A stretch of DNA of 64,000 nt from an uncultured delta proteobacterium (GTDB lineage Bacteria > Desulfobacterota > Syntrophia > Syntrophales > UBA5619), in NCBI GenBank assembly GCA_963817385.1, contig CAWFOM010000005.1, forward strand, positions 1 through 64,000, in the 5' to 3' direction. A program made the translations under genes and the position numbers. A model generated the notes under the pieces. That model saw nothing but the letters and a program-made list of their open reading frames with translations, had not been told where the DNA came from and searched no databases. Positions 1-10,040 of the stretch are shown here, piece after piece; position 1 is the stretch's first letter; each line of letters begins with the position of its first letter.

Positions 1-3000
1 GGAGATAACATCAGGATCTGGTCCTGACTTGTCGCGGATCGCCTGTGAAAATTCTTTGGTGCCGCGGTTATAATATTCAACGGGGTCTGCTAAACGGTTA
101 AGTGCCAGCGCGTCCTTCGGGGCGAGCTTTCCGTCTTCAACGAGTGCGGTTAGATATGGCAAGAGAGTATTGCTCAAGGCGATTTTCGAGCGGTCGTCCC
201 ATCGACTTAGTTTTGCCAGACCTCTCAGGCCGGCCGCTTTCGAGAGGCCGCGTCCGTAAGCACCCCAGAAAAATTTCTCCGGCTCCTCGCCCATGTTGAG
301 TTCGCATATATTGTTCAAGGTATGGAAGTCGCGTTCGTCGAGTTCATCGCCCTTGATCGAAGATGCGAACAGAAGAAGCTCGTTGGTCAACTGATAGTCT
401 CCCGAGCCAATCGCGTCCATCTGTTCAAGCCCATCGCGAAAATACTTGGATGCCTCATCGATACTGGCTGGAAGCATTGCTCGGCCGAGACTGGCGAAAA
501 GCGATGCCCGGTGAGTTACATCATTTTCGGCTTCAATTAGTTTGCTTGTCTTGAGTGCCTGTGCGCCAGATAGATCGTGCAAGGTCGGTCTTTTCCTGCA
601 TTCGAGACGATTTGTACGAGATTGTGTGCGCCCCTATATGCTGGCCGTGAACTGCTGTGAGGAACCTTTCAACCGACGCAGGTTTGAGTTCGTCCCGCGC
701 CAGAAAACGAACAGCGCGCATATCAAGCCCGAGCCTGCGGAAAAAATGATTGATTTCACCGGTGCGGTAGGGATCACGGTTCTTACATGCATCCTCCCAA
801 GCCACGAGAAGTTCAATGAAAGCCTTGTCAACACTGCGCGAAGGTGCTGCGAGGACGGCTGAGAGAGTTTTTGTGAGCTTAAGAAGTGGTTCCAGACGCC
901 AATCGATAAAACGCTCGGCATGCTGCCGCTCGTCATAGCTCAGCGTACCGGAACGTTTTGCCTTCTTATCCCCTTCACGCTGGTTGCCAAGGTAACTGGA
1001 CAGCGGAACCTTTGCTTTGTCGCGGAATGCTTTTCCCGTCATGGTCTTGCTGATTTGGAAGCAAACTGGCACTAGCTCCTGGGGGAGTAGATCCTTCTCG
1101 TGAAGAGTTACCTTCTTCACGGCGGCGACAAGCGCGGTGCGAAATACAAACGGGAATACATCATCGTGGTAGAAGGCGTCACTGAAAGACCAAATGCGAG
1201 GGCGTTGATGAGGGGCTCGCCGAGCCATCGCCAACGCCTCAGCGTCAAGACCAGAGACTAAGGCCAGCGCCGCCACTTTTCTCAATCCGTCTTGAAGCTG
1301 GTATGTCCGATCGCGGTGATACGATTCTGATACGGCAAGTTTGACTGTCCTGGCGCATAGCTTGCCAAGCGCTTTAATTAGTTCTTTACGTTTCGGTCTT
1401 GAAAACTCATGAAAGGATAGAGCGGCGGTCAACGGTCCGATATCCGTCAGGGCATTGACTAATTCCGCCAATCGATGTGGTGATTGGAAGCCTGTAACTG
1501 CGTGAGATGAGCGTAGTCGAAGACGTATTCAAGAACTTCATACGCATACCAGTCCCGCCACCTTCTAAGAAACCTGGCAGCAAGCTGCGATCGGCGCTGT
1601 GAAATAAGGAAAAATGGAATTGCCGCAATGTCGGGACGCTCAGGCCCAGGGTCACGTGTCATGTTGTCGCGATTCGTGCGCCTATAGTGATCGATCCATT
1701 CGTCGGTTGCGACAGCATGGCGGGAGGCCTCTTGGAATTCACCGGATAGCGTATTGGCGATCGCGAGTCTGGCATGGCGTGTGCCTGGCCACCCTGTTCG
1801 CGTCTCGAATAGGCGTCGCGTCGCATCGACATCCTTCGCGGCCACAACAAGATCTGGGTTATTTAGGATGTAATCGGCTCCACGCTGATCTACAGCGGCA
1901 ATCGTGGACAATTCAAGAAGAAGCCGGACAAGGCGGCTATAATCCTTGTTCATCGCGGCATGTATGGTAGCCGCCTTTAGCCTCGCATATCGGACATTTC
2001 GCTTACCAACAGTACTCGTTATTGACGCCGGGATACGATCATCAAAAGCCAGGGAGAAGAGCTGTTCGCCATCATCAAGTTGATGTAAAAGGCCTGGAAG
2101 GGCACGAGCCGCATACACAGATACATCCTGGCACGCAAAGAGGTTTTTGGCGACACGACGCAGTACATCGGTAGACGCTGCATACCGTTTAAGGATTAGG
2201 GTTTCGGTAGGTTCGTCTTTAAACATCAATCCTTGATTCGAACGCTCAAGCAACGGGAATAGATCCGAGGAAAAACTTTGGACCGCGCTTAGCTCAATAC
2301 AGTTGGCCCTAGCATACTCGTCAAGAGGCACGGGGGGAGGCAGTACGGCAAGTCCAGCCAGAAAAGCGTCGATGGCGCATTGCTTATACCCGCGTTCGTT
2401 AGCTGTAGCGAATGCATCGGTAATCCTTTTCTGGATGAGCTCATCCAACTCGATTTTCCTGTCCGTCTCCGACTCATCGAGAAGACCACGTCCACTCATA
2501 GCGAGGTACTCTAGTATGCGAGCATTGCCACCTGAGCGCGCTTGCGCGACGTTGATCTCGACCTGTGAGACCTCGTTAAGTCTCGTTCGCAAGAAAGCGG
2601 TTGTCTCATTAATACTGAACGGAAGCAGCTCAAACTCTTGATACTTTGCGTATGTGGAGGGTTTGCGTTCCGTCCTACATGAAACAATGAGCTTTACGCC
2701 GGGGACGGGTTCGGTATCCAGGCTCTCCATCAATTTAACTGGAAATGAGTCTTCGCGACGCTGGCAAGCAGCTATATCGGCATTATCTATAGCATCGATG
2801 AATAGTACCAGTTCTCTTCCTGGTGTTGTCCTCGAAATCGTATCGACGCATTGTATGAGGCGCCGTCTGAATGTCCGAAGGAGGGTTTCCACATCCGGGC
2901 TTCCCGGCAAAATGGGATCACAAAGGCTGTGAAACGCTAGTGTGTTCGCAATGTGAATGAGCCCTTTCCTGGGCAAGTGCCGTGCATCTTCGGGCGACCG

Positions 3001-3984
3001 ATAGGCCCCGCCACCAAAGCAGTCGAAAAAAACAACCTCGTGATGTTCGCGTATTCTTGCTGCCAGACTGTCTAGGAAGACGGTTTTGCCAACACCACCG
3101 GCAGAATGGACAAGAAGCGGGGCCGAAAGGTCTTGAATTTGGGCGATTGCATCGGCAAACTGCTCGCGCTCAAGAACTTCGCCTACATCTGCGAGCGCTG
3201 TCTTAAAGGGCAAAAGGTCTTCGGGGTCTCCAACCTTAAGCGCTGCTAGGATGTCCGTCCGGGCGATAAGATTTTGGCTGGTTCCCGTGTAACCAGCCTT
3301 TTCGCGAACCAAATCTTTCAAGTGACCAAGGCGCGCCGCAGCGATTGGGTCGTTTGTAGCGGACCAGTCAACAAGTAAATTTGAGAGTTCGTCCCTTGTT
3401 GCCGATAGGCTTCCGGAACGGCCGATTAGCTTGCACTTTGCGGCAAAGGCGGCAAGCGGATTCGCATCGAGGCCCGCAGCCGTCCTAAACTGGTCCGCTT
3501 GGTTCTCGATTTCACCAGTGCAATGTAACCCTTGCGCTATGGCATCTATTGCCAGAAGGAGTGGCTCATAAACTGGTTGATTCGTTATGAGCTGAAAATC
3601 AAGTTTGTCCTGTACCGCTTTAGCACCGTATTTCTTCCTATACTCGCTGTACGTCCCTGCAAACTTCTGAATCGTCTTCTTCGCGCGGCTTGCCCGAAAG
3701 TCTTTGTCTTTGTCGGCCACTGAATACTTGAATTGTGCGATGCTCGTTCGTGACGACTGCTCGAAGGTAGGTTCGCCACCATAGTAGAGAGTGATGTCCG
3801 CAATCTCAACAGCTTGGGTGGAAGTACGCATTTGATCAGTCGGAGAAAGCCCTTCAACAGCAATCGCGATGAGTTCGCTGTCTGGCCACAAGAGCTGTAA
3901 TGCTTTACGGGCAGTCCATGCCTCATGATACTCATGGCCGTCACGCGAAGCTCTTACTTTGTCTATTTTAGCTCGTCTGGCCAT
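1..3984 (-). pseudogene. Large nuclease + STAND/NACHT ATPase anti-phage protein (AVAST Avs3a-like), split into >=3 frames and running off the left edge; pseudogene or assembly error
   Basis: ORF 1459-3984 has a PD-(D/E)XK-like N-terminus (SRDGHEYHEAW..IAVEG..ADITLYY..QFKYS), Walker A GGVGKT and Walker B VLFIDAID. It continues in ORF 533-1471, then in an open frame 540->1 (LIEAENDVTHRASLF..LAKLSRWDDRS..) with no stop before the edge. Confidence 0.7.
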
Positions 3985-4372
3985 TGATTGTTTTGTCCGG
4001 ACCTCACAGCCAATGGAGAATTGATTGAGAAAATCCGGGATGTACTTCCCAGATTATATTCAGTGTATCCTATTCATTTCTATAAAAGATGTACACCAAT
4101 GATATTGATATGTCTATCATTTCTTTAATCAGGTAATTGAGATAGAAAAATAGTCTGTCTTGCGGCTTACATGCTTTCAAAGCGCATTCATTGACAAAGC
4201 ATGATTATCACACCTCTCGCTTTGTATTTGTTGTGAATAAGGATGGCCTTAATCAAATAATGATAAATAAAAGCTATTGTCTCTGCAACTCTTCAGCGGC
4301 GGGCAGTTCACAAATAAGAAACTAATAAGAGAGTAGCGGTTAGAATGAATGATACTTGATAACATAATTATT

Positions 4373-5239
4373 TCAGGTGCCGATTCCGAAAGGAGAAGAC
4401 ATTTTATTCTTCTTCATCATTTTATCCATTTCTTCAATGGCAGGGCGTTTCGAGAAGCGGCTGGCTGCATCCAGAACTTTAGCCAATAGATCAATATCGC
4501 CTACAGTGCTTAGAAACACATCCGGGTAGCTCATCACCCAATGAATCGCCAGGTCTATGTCTGCCTGCTCCTCCAACGGTTGATACCATGTATTCCGGTT
4601 CTGCGGGGTAATCCCCCAAGGCCCCCGGGCGAGTGATTTGATGACTTGGACAGCCACATTCTGTTCCCTACAAATTCGGACAACCTCATCGAACTCCGCA
4701 CGATACCTGTCATTTAGATGCATAAAATAGTTGTAGGGCAAAAGGACCGAATCGAAATCGAAACGCTTCAATGCCCGTTTATGCATGGCCGCTATCATCC
4801 AGCCGTGTCCGGTAATCCCAATGAATCGCACGAGTCCCTCTTCCTTGGCTTCGACCGCTGCTTCCAGGGCTCCTCCCGGACCCAGGGCCGTATCCCATTC
4901 GTCCGGGTGTTGGAGGCCATGGAACTGGATAAGATCGATTCGATCCGTCTTTAAGCGATCGAGGGATCGGCGGATACTTTCACGGGCCTCTTCATAGGTC
5001 CTCTGCTTTGTCTTTGTGGCCAGGAAGAAATCTTTGCGGTGCCTCGCCATCCAGTTACCAACGAGGTTTTCTGAATCTTCGTACCGAGGAGCGGTATCGA
5101 TATGGTTTACCCCATACTTCAGCAGGATTTCCAGCGCCCGATCCGCATCCTTCTGAGTGGCCCGCATCAGGGCCGCTCCCCCGAAAATCGTTGTAGTGCT
5201 CATGTGGCCAGTACGGCCAAAGGGTCTTTTCTCGATCAA
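4373..5239 (-). CDS. Aldo/keto reductase
   Basis: [52 protein letters not shown]. Likely TTG start at 5239 after GGAGGA RBS. Confidence 0.9.
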   Translation of the reverse strand: MIEKRPFGRTGHMSTTTIFGGAALMRATQKDADRALEILLKYGVNHIDTAPRYEDSENLVGNWMARHRKDFFLATKTKQRTYEEARESIRRSLDRLKTDRIDLIQFHGLQHPDEWDTALGPGGALEAAVEAKEEGLVRFIGITGHGWMIAAMHKRALKRFDFDSVLLPYNYFMHLNDRYRAEFDEVVRICREQNVAVQVIKSLARGPWGITPQNRNTWYQPLEEQADIDLAIHWVMSYPDVFLSTVGDIDLLAKVLDAASRFSKRPAIEEMDKMMKKNKMSSPFGIGT

Positions 5240-5643
5240 TTGAACATTCCTCCATCCTGCGATTATGTGCTTTTCCGCAATCCCGTTCCGATAAGGTGGC
5301 ACCAGTGTGAAAACCTGTTAATGACGGCTAAAAGAGCTCTTTTCGAGAAATGACCTTATGAGAAGGGATTCTTTTATGTCAACAAAATCTTGACCAGCCT
5401 ACCTTCCTGATACAGGGGAGGCCCTGAGACGCCGCCTGGAGCGGCAAAAACGGATTCTTGTCATTTCATGCATTTTCTAAAACATGTTTAATAGAAATTA
5501 GATTTGAACCTGGGCGAAAGAACCTGTGCGGAGGGTTTGTCCGTCATTCCTCCAGCAGCCCGGTGTCAAGCAGGGGCGCCCCATGGAAGCCCCGCAGGAT
5601 GACGGATCGGCCTACCTTTTCGTAGGACTCGCCGTAAAACAAC

Positions 5644-5653
5644 ACAAATTTGT
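5644..5653. promoter_or_regulatory. Palindrome ACAAATTTGT, candidate enhancer-binding-protein site
   Basis: Perfect 10-bp palindrome about 80 bp upstream of the sigma54 -24 box; the same motif occurs twice at 23346 and 23467. Confidence 0.45.
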
Positions 5654-5734
5654 TTCGATTATTTCTTCGCCAGGAATTCCCCGCACCGAAAAATAAATCA
5701 ATATATCCGTGCAGATGGAACACATTCTCCGAGT

Positions 5735-5749
5735 TGGCACCGTCCTTGC
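5735..5749 (+). promoter_or_regulatory. Sigma54 (-24/-12) promoter of the porin-amtB-glnK operon
   Basis: TGGCAC-CGTCC-TTGC matches TGGCAC-N5-TTGC; IHF-like AATCAAtata just upstream. Confidence 0.8.
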
Positions 5750-5835
5750 CCTTAGAGGGCCAAACGGTACCGGCGCCAGAGGGCGTGTTCATTTCAACAA
5801 ACAGAATGGTTAATCACATTATCAGGAGGAAGGTC

Positions 5836-6741
5836 ATGAAAAAGAATTCAGGTTTGAGGAAGTTGTTTGCAATCGGTTCGCTCGCGTTCGCGCTCCTGGC
5901 GGTCCCGGGCGCACAGCTCGGGGCTGAAGAGATCAAGGCGCCGGCGGCGCATAAAGAGCCGGCCGCCGTGCCGCCGGAGCCGGAGGAGAAGCCCACGGGT
6001 GATTTCACCGTCACGGCGATGAGCCAGTATTTCTGGAGAGGGTATGAACTGAGCCGGAACAGCATCGTCGTCCAACCGTCGATGACCCTCGGCTACAAGG
6101 GGTTTGCCGTCAACGTCTGGGGAAATCTCGACACGAAGCCCTATTCCGCCGCCGACGCGTCCTACACGGGGACGTGGAACGAAACGGATCTGACCCTCTC
6201 GTACACGAAAACGCTGGGGCTCTTCAATGTAGGGGGCGGGTATATCTATTACAGCCTGGCTCCGCTGAACAAGGACGCCGCGGACCGGGATGATTCCCAG
6301 GAGCTCTTTGCGACCGTCTCGCTCAATACCCTGCTCACGCCGACCCTGACCGTCTACAAGGAGATCGATCATTACCGCAACTGGTATTTCCTCCTGGGGA
6401 TTTCGCACCTCGTTGAATTGAACAAGAAGGCATCCCTGAAGCTGGCGGCGACGGCCGGCTACCTGCTGAGCACCGATGCGGAGAAATACCCGAAATTCGA
6501 CGGCAACGCCCTGGCGACGACGGATAAGTTCAACAATTTCCACGACGGGACGGTCTCGGCGAGCCTGCCGATCAAGGCGACCGACAGGATTACGATTACC
6601 CCGACCCTCTCTTACATCTTCCCGCTGACCGGCGCCGCGAAGGATGAGATGAAGGGACTCGGCCTGAAGGGAGCGGCGCTGCCGTCCGAACGCGACAGTT
6701 CGTTCCTCTGCGGCGGGATATCCGCGAGCTTCAGTTTCTAG
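5836..6741 (+). CDS. Outer-membrane beta-barrel protein (TorF/Gcw_chp-like putative porin)
   Basis: AGGAGG RBS, signal peptide, SQYFWRG, ETDLTLSY, GYIYY, terminal Phe (ISASFSF); directly upstream of amtB. Confidence 0.75.
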   Translation: MKKNSGLRKLFAIGSLAFALLAVPGAQLGAEEIKAPAAHKEPAAVPPEPEEKPTGDFTVTAMSQYFWRGYELSRNSIVVQPSMTLGYKGFAVNVWGNLDTKPYSAADASYTGTWNETDLTLSYTKTLGLFNVGGGYIYYSLAPLNKDAADRDDSQELFATVSLNTLLTPTLTVYKEIDHYRNWYFLLGISHLVELNKKASLKLAATAGYLLSTDAEKYPKFDGNALATTDKFNNFHDGTVSASLPIKATDRITITPTLSYIFPLTGAAKDEMKGLGLKGAALPSERDSSFLCGGISASFSF

Positions 6742-6817
6742 AAATCGCCCGCAAGAAATGGGGCAAATACTCGATGGCCGCCCCGGATGGGGCGCCATAA
6801 AACAGGAGGTAACAAAA

Positions 6818-8305
6818 ATGAAACGGTTATTTGGAATTACGATCATGATGATCTGTTTGCTTTGCGCGGCGGCCGCCCCGGCCCTCGCCGAAGAGGCGCC
6901 GGGGCAGGCATCGCCCGCCCTGGCTCAACCGGCGGCCCCGGCATCCGCCGCCGCTCCGTCGCCGTCCGCCCCGGTCACCCAAAAGGCGCTGGACGATCTG
7001 AAGGGGTCGCTGCAGGTGGGGATGGATACGGTCTGGGTGCTGTTCACCGCGTTTCTCGTCTTTTTCATGAACCTGGGCTTCGCCATGGTGGAGTCGGGAT
7101 TGTGCCGGGCCAAGAACACGGTCAACATCCTGGCGAAAAACTTCATCGTCTTCGCCATCGCCTCGGCGTCGTTCTGGTTCATCGGCTGGGGGCTCATGTT
7201 CGGGAACGGCAACCCCTTCGCGGGTCTCGAGGGCCTCTTCTTCGCCGGCGGGGCCGACAACAGCCCGGCAATCGGAGAGGCTTACAAGGGCGTCTATGCC
7301 GCGCTCAACTGGACCGGCGTGCCGCTCTGGGCGAAGTTCTTCTTCCAACTGGTCTTCGCGGGAACGGCCGCGACGATCGTTTCGGGCGCCGTGGCCGAGC
7401 GGATCAAGTTCCACTCCTTCATCTTCTTTTCGTTCATCCTGGTGGGGATCATGTACCCGATCACGGGTCACTGGATCTGGGGAGGCGGATTCCTGCAATC
7501 GCTGGGCATGTTTGACTTTGCCGGGTCCACGGTCGTCCACTCGGTCGGCGGCTGGTCGGCGCTCGCCGGCGTGATCCTGCTCGGCTCCCGTGCCGGCAAG
7601 TACCGCGCCGACGGCTCCGTCAACCCGATCTTCGGCCACAGCATGTCCATGGTGACCCTGGGGGGACTCGTCCTGTGGTTCGGGTGGTTCGGATTCAACC
7701 CCGGCTCGACTATGGCGGTGGGCGACGGAAGCGCCATCGCGCACATCGCCGTGACCACCAACACCGCGGCCGCAATGGCCATCCTCAGCTCGACCCTGGT
7801 CTCGTGGCTGATCCAGGGGAAACCCGACCTCTCGATGATCATCAACGGCGCTCTCGCGGGACTGGTGGCCGTCACTGCGCCCTGCGCCTTCGTGAGCGTC
7901 GGGTCATCGGCCATCATCGGCCTCATCGCCGGCGTGCTCGTGGTCTTTGCCGTCCTGATGTTCGACAAGCTGAAGCTCGACGATCCGGTGGGCGCGCTTT
8001 CGGTCCACCTGGTCAACGGCATATTCGGCACCCTGGCCGTGGGCCTGTTCGCCCAGGACAAAATCACGGGGACGGCGACCGGGAACGGTCTTTTCTTCGG
8101 CGGCGGATTCAAGCTTCTCGCCGCGCAGGCGGCGGGTGTCGTCGCGGTCGGGATTTTCACCTTCATCGTCGCTCTCGCCGTATGGTACATGATAAAGATG
8201 GTCATGGGGCTCCGGGTGTCGGCCGAAGAGGAGATCGCCGGATTGGATCTCGGCGAACACGGCACAAAGGCCTATCCCGACTTCCAGGGGTTCCTGACGA
8301 AGTGA
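6818..8305 (+). CDS. amtB: Ammonium transporter
   Basis: FFMNLGFAMVESG, FQLVFAGTAATIVSGAVAER, DFAGSTVVH, WFGWFGFNPGS, DDPVGALSVH (twin His); AGGAGG RBS. Confidence 0.97.
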   Translation: MKRLFGITIMMICLLCAAAAPALAEEAPGQASPALAQPAAPASAAAPSPSAPVTQKALDDLKGSLQVGMDTVWVLFTAFLVFFMNLGFAMVESGLCRAKNTVNILAKNFIVFAIASASFWFIGWGLMFGNGNPFAGLEGLFFAGGADNSPAIGEAYKGVYAALNWTGVPLWAKFFFQLVFAGTAATIVSGAVAERIKFHSFIFFSFILVGIMYPITGHWIWGGGFLQSLGMFDFAGSTVVHSVGGWSALAGVILLGSRAGKYRADGSVNPIFGHSMSMVTLGGLVLWFGWFGFNPGSTMAVGDGSAIAHIAVTTNTAAAMAILSSTLVSWLIQGKPDLSMIINGALAGLVAVTAPCAFVSVGSSAIIGLIAGVLVVFAVLMFDKLKLDDPVGALSVHLVNGIFGTLAVGLFAQDKITGTATGNGLFFGGGFKLLAAQAAGVVAVGIFTFIVALAVWYMIKMVMGLRVSAEEEIAGLDLGEHGTKAYPDFQGFLTK

Positions 8306-8347
8306 TCCCCGCTTCGCAGTGCCCATTACATGAAAGGAGAATAGAAC

Positions 8348-8689
8348 ATGAAACTGATCATAGCAATCGTTAAGCCTGAAAAATTGACCGACGTCAAGCA
8401 GGCTCTCTTCAAGGCGGACGTGGGAAAGATGACCGTCTCCAACGTCATCGGCTGCGGCGCGCAGGGCGGATACACCGAGTCCTACCGGGGCGCCTTCACC
8501 GAGGTGAATCTTTTGGACAAGGTCCGCTTCGAGATCGCGGTCAACGACGAATTCGTCAAACCGACCGTCGAGGCGATCATCAAGGGCGCCCGGACCGGAA
8601 AAATCGGCGACGGCAAGATCTTCATCGTCCCGCTCGAGGAGTGCATCCAGGTGCGGACGGGCGAGACGGGCCCCAAGGCCGTGGGCTGA
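8348..8689 (+). CDS. glnK: P-II nitrogen regulatory protein
   Basis: [25 protein letters not shown]; linked to amtB. Confidence 0.93.
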   Translation: MKLIIAIVKPEKLTDVKQALFKADVGKMTVSNVIGCGAQGGYTESYRGAFTEVNLLDKVRFEIAVNDEFVKPTVEAIIKGARTGKIGDGKIFIVPLEECIQVRTGETGPKAVG

Positions 8690-8840
8690 ACGACGCCGCA
8701 CCGGTCACGGGAAAGCCCAAATCGTCGGGAAAATTGACCGGTTATTGTGCATGGTAAAGTGGGGGCTCCTTCGGCGTCACTAGCCGAGAGAACCGCGCTC
8801 CTGGGTTAGATATCCCGCGGAGCCGCCGTAAAAATAAGAA

Positions 8841-8875
8841 CAGCAGGGAGTGCATCGATCATGCACTCCCTGCTG
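8841..8875. terminator. Intrinsic terminator hairpin between convergent operons
   Basis: 15-bp perfect stem CAGCAGGGAGTGCAT/ATGCACTCCCTGCTG with a T-rich tail on the minus strand. Confidence 0.8.
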
Positions 8876-8914
8876 GATCCGTTTTACGGTGTCTCCCTGG
8901 ATAACCCGGCTCGA

Positions 8915-10027
8915 TCAGATTCGATGATCCTCCCGAATGACCACCCTGCTTCCCCCGTGGATGCTTGCGTCCCAGTTCTTGGGGGCCTTGATCGATTTCA
9001 GCCGGTCGAGCTCGCCGATACTCTTGAGCCTCTGGTAGATGAGCTGCCAGGCGCAGGGGCGGTCGGCCCGGACCTCGCAGCGGTCTTCGCGCGAGCCGCC
9101 GCACGGGCCGTTGAGCATGTGCTTCGCGCACCGGGTGACGGGGCAGATGCCGCCGTACTCGTGGAGAACGCATTTGCCGCAGGCGATGCATTTTTCCGTC
9201 CAGGTGGCCCGCTCTTCGAGGATGCCGATAAAGGCCGTGTCGAGTCCCGCGTACACCGGTTTTTCGTACCGCTCGGCAATCGCCTGGACGCCGGCGCCGC
9301 ATCCGAGCGAAAGGATGACATCGTTTCTGTTTATCGCCTCGGCCGCCTTCTCGATGAAGATGTTGTCGCACTGCCGTTCGATCGTCAGCTCTTCAACCTC
9401 GAAGGCGAGGTTCTTCAGCCGCGAGGCGATGCGCAAGGCCGAGGCGTTGATGCTGACCTCGCGCTCCCCCCCGGCCAGGCAGACCGTGACACAGGTTCCG
9501 CAGCCCAGCATGAGGATCTTTTTGTGGCCTTTCAGTATATCGACGAGCTCGGGGATCTTCTTTCTCTGTGCGACTATCATATGCCTCATCTCCGCATTCT
9601 TTAATGGGTTCGTGCTCTTGAGCGGGCTCGGCCCGAGGTTCTTCAGGATGGCGAGCATCTCGTTTATGTGATCGACCAACGGCCTCGCCTGGGCCGCCGA
9701 TATGTTGATCATCCGGATCCGCTCCTCCTCCAGCCCGCTTTCGGAAAGGAATTTCCTGGTGTAGCCGACCCTGCCTTTGGCCAGAAGATTGCCCTCGGTG
9801 AAATGGCAGCCGCCTTCCAGGCATCCCGCGACGAGGATGCCGTCGGCGCCCTTCTCGAAGGCCTTCATGAAGAACTCCACCTCCAGCCTTCCCGTGCAGG
9901 GTGTCCTGACGATCCTTACGTTCGGGGGATACTGCAACCGCATCGAGCCTGCCAGATCCGCGGCGGAATAGGAGCAGTACTGGCAGCAGAAGGCGATCAG
10001 CAGGGGTTCATAATTCTCGTTGGTCAT
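8915..10027 (-). CDS. mvhD-metV: MvhD/FlpD [2Fe-2S] subunit read in frame with MetV (MTHFR small subunit; own RBS and ATG at 9580)
   Basis: N-part FCCQYCSYSAADLAG..PCTGR..GADG..GCLEGGCHF; C-part MIVAQRK..GCGTCVTVC..RQC..LGCGAGVQ..CIACGKC..CPVTRCAKHMLNGPCGG..CAW. Confidence 0.85.
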   Translation of the reverse strand: MTNENYEPLLIAFCCQYCSYSAADLAGSMRLQYPPNVRIVRTPCTGRLEVEFFMKAFEKGADGILVAGCLEGGCHFTEGNLLAKGRVGYTRKFLSESGLEEERIRMINISAAQARPLVDHINEMLAILKNLGPSPLKSTNPLKNAEMRHMIVAQRKKIPELVDILKGHKKILMLGCGTCVTVCLAGGEREVSINASALRIASRLKNLAFEVEELTIERQCDNIFIEKAAEAINRNDVILSLGCGAGVQAIAERYEKPVYAGLDTAFIGILEERATWTEKCIACGKCVLHEYGGICPVTRCAKHMLNGPCGGSREDRCEVRADRPCAWQLIYQRLKSIGELDRLKSIKAPKNWDASIHGGSRVVIREDHRI

Positions 10028-10040
10028 ACAAGGCCTCTAT

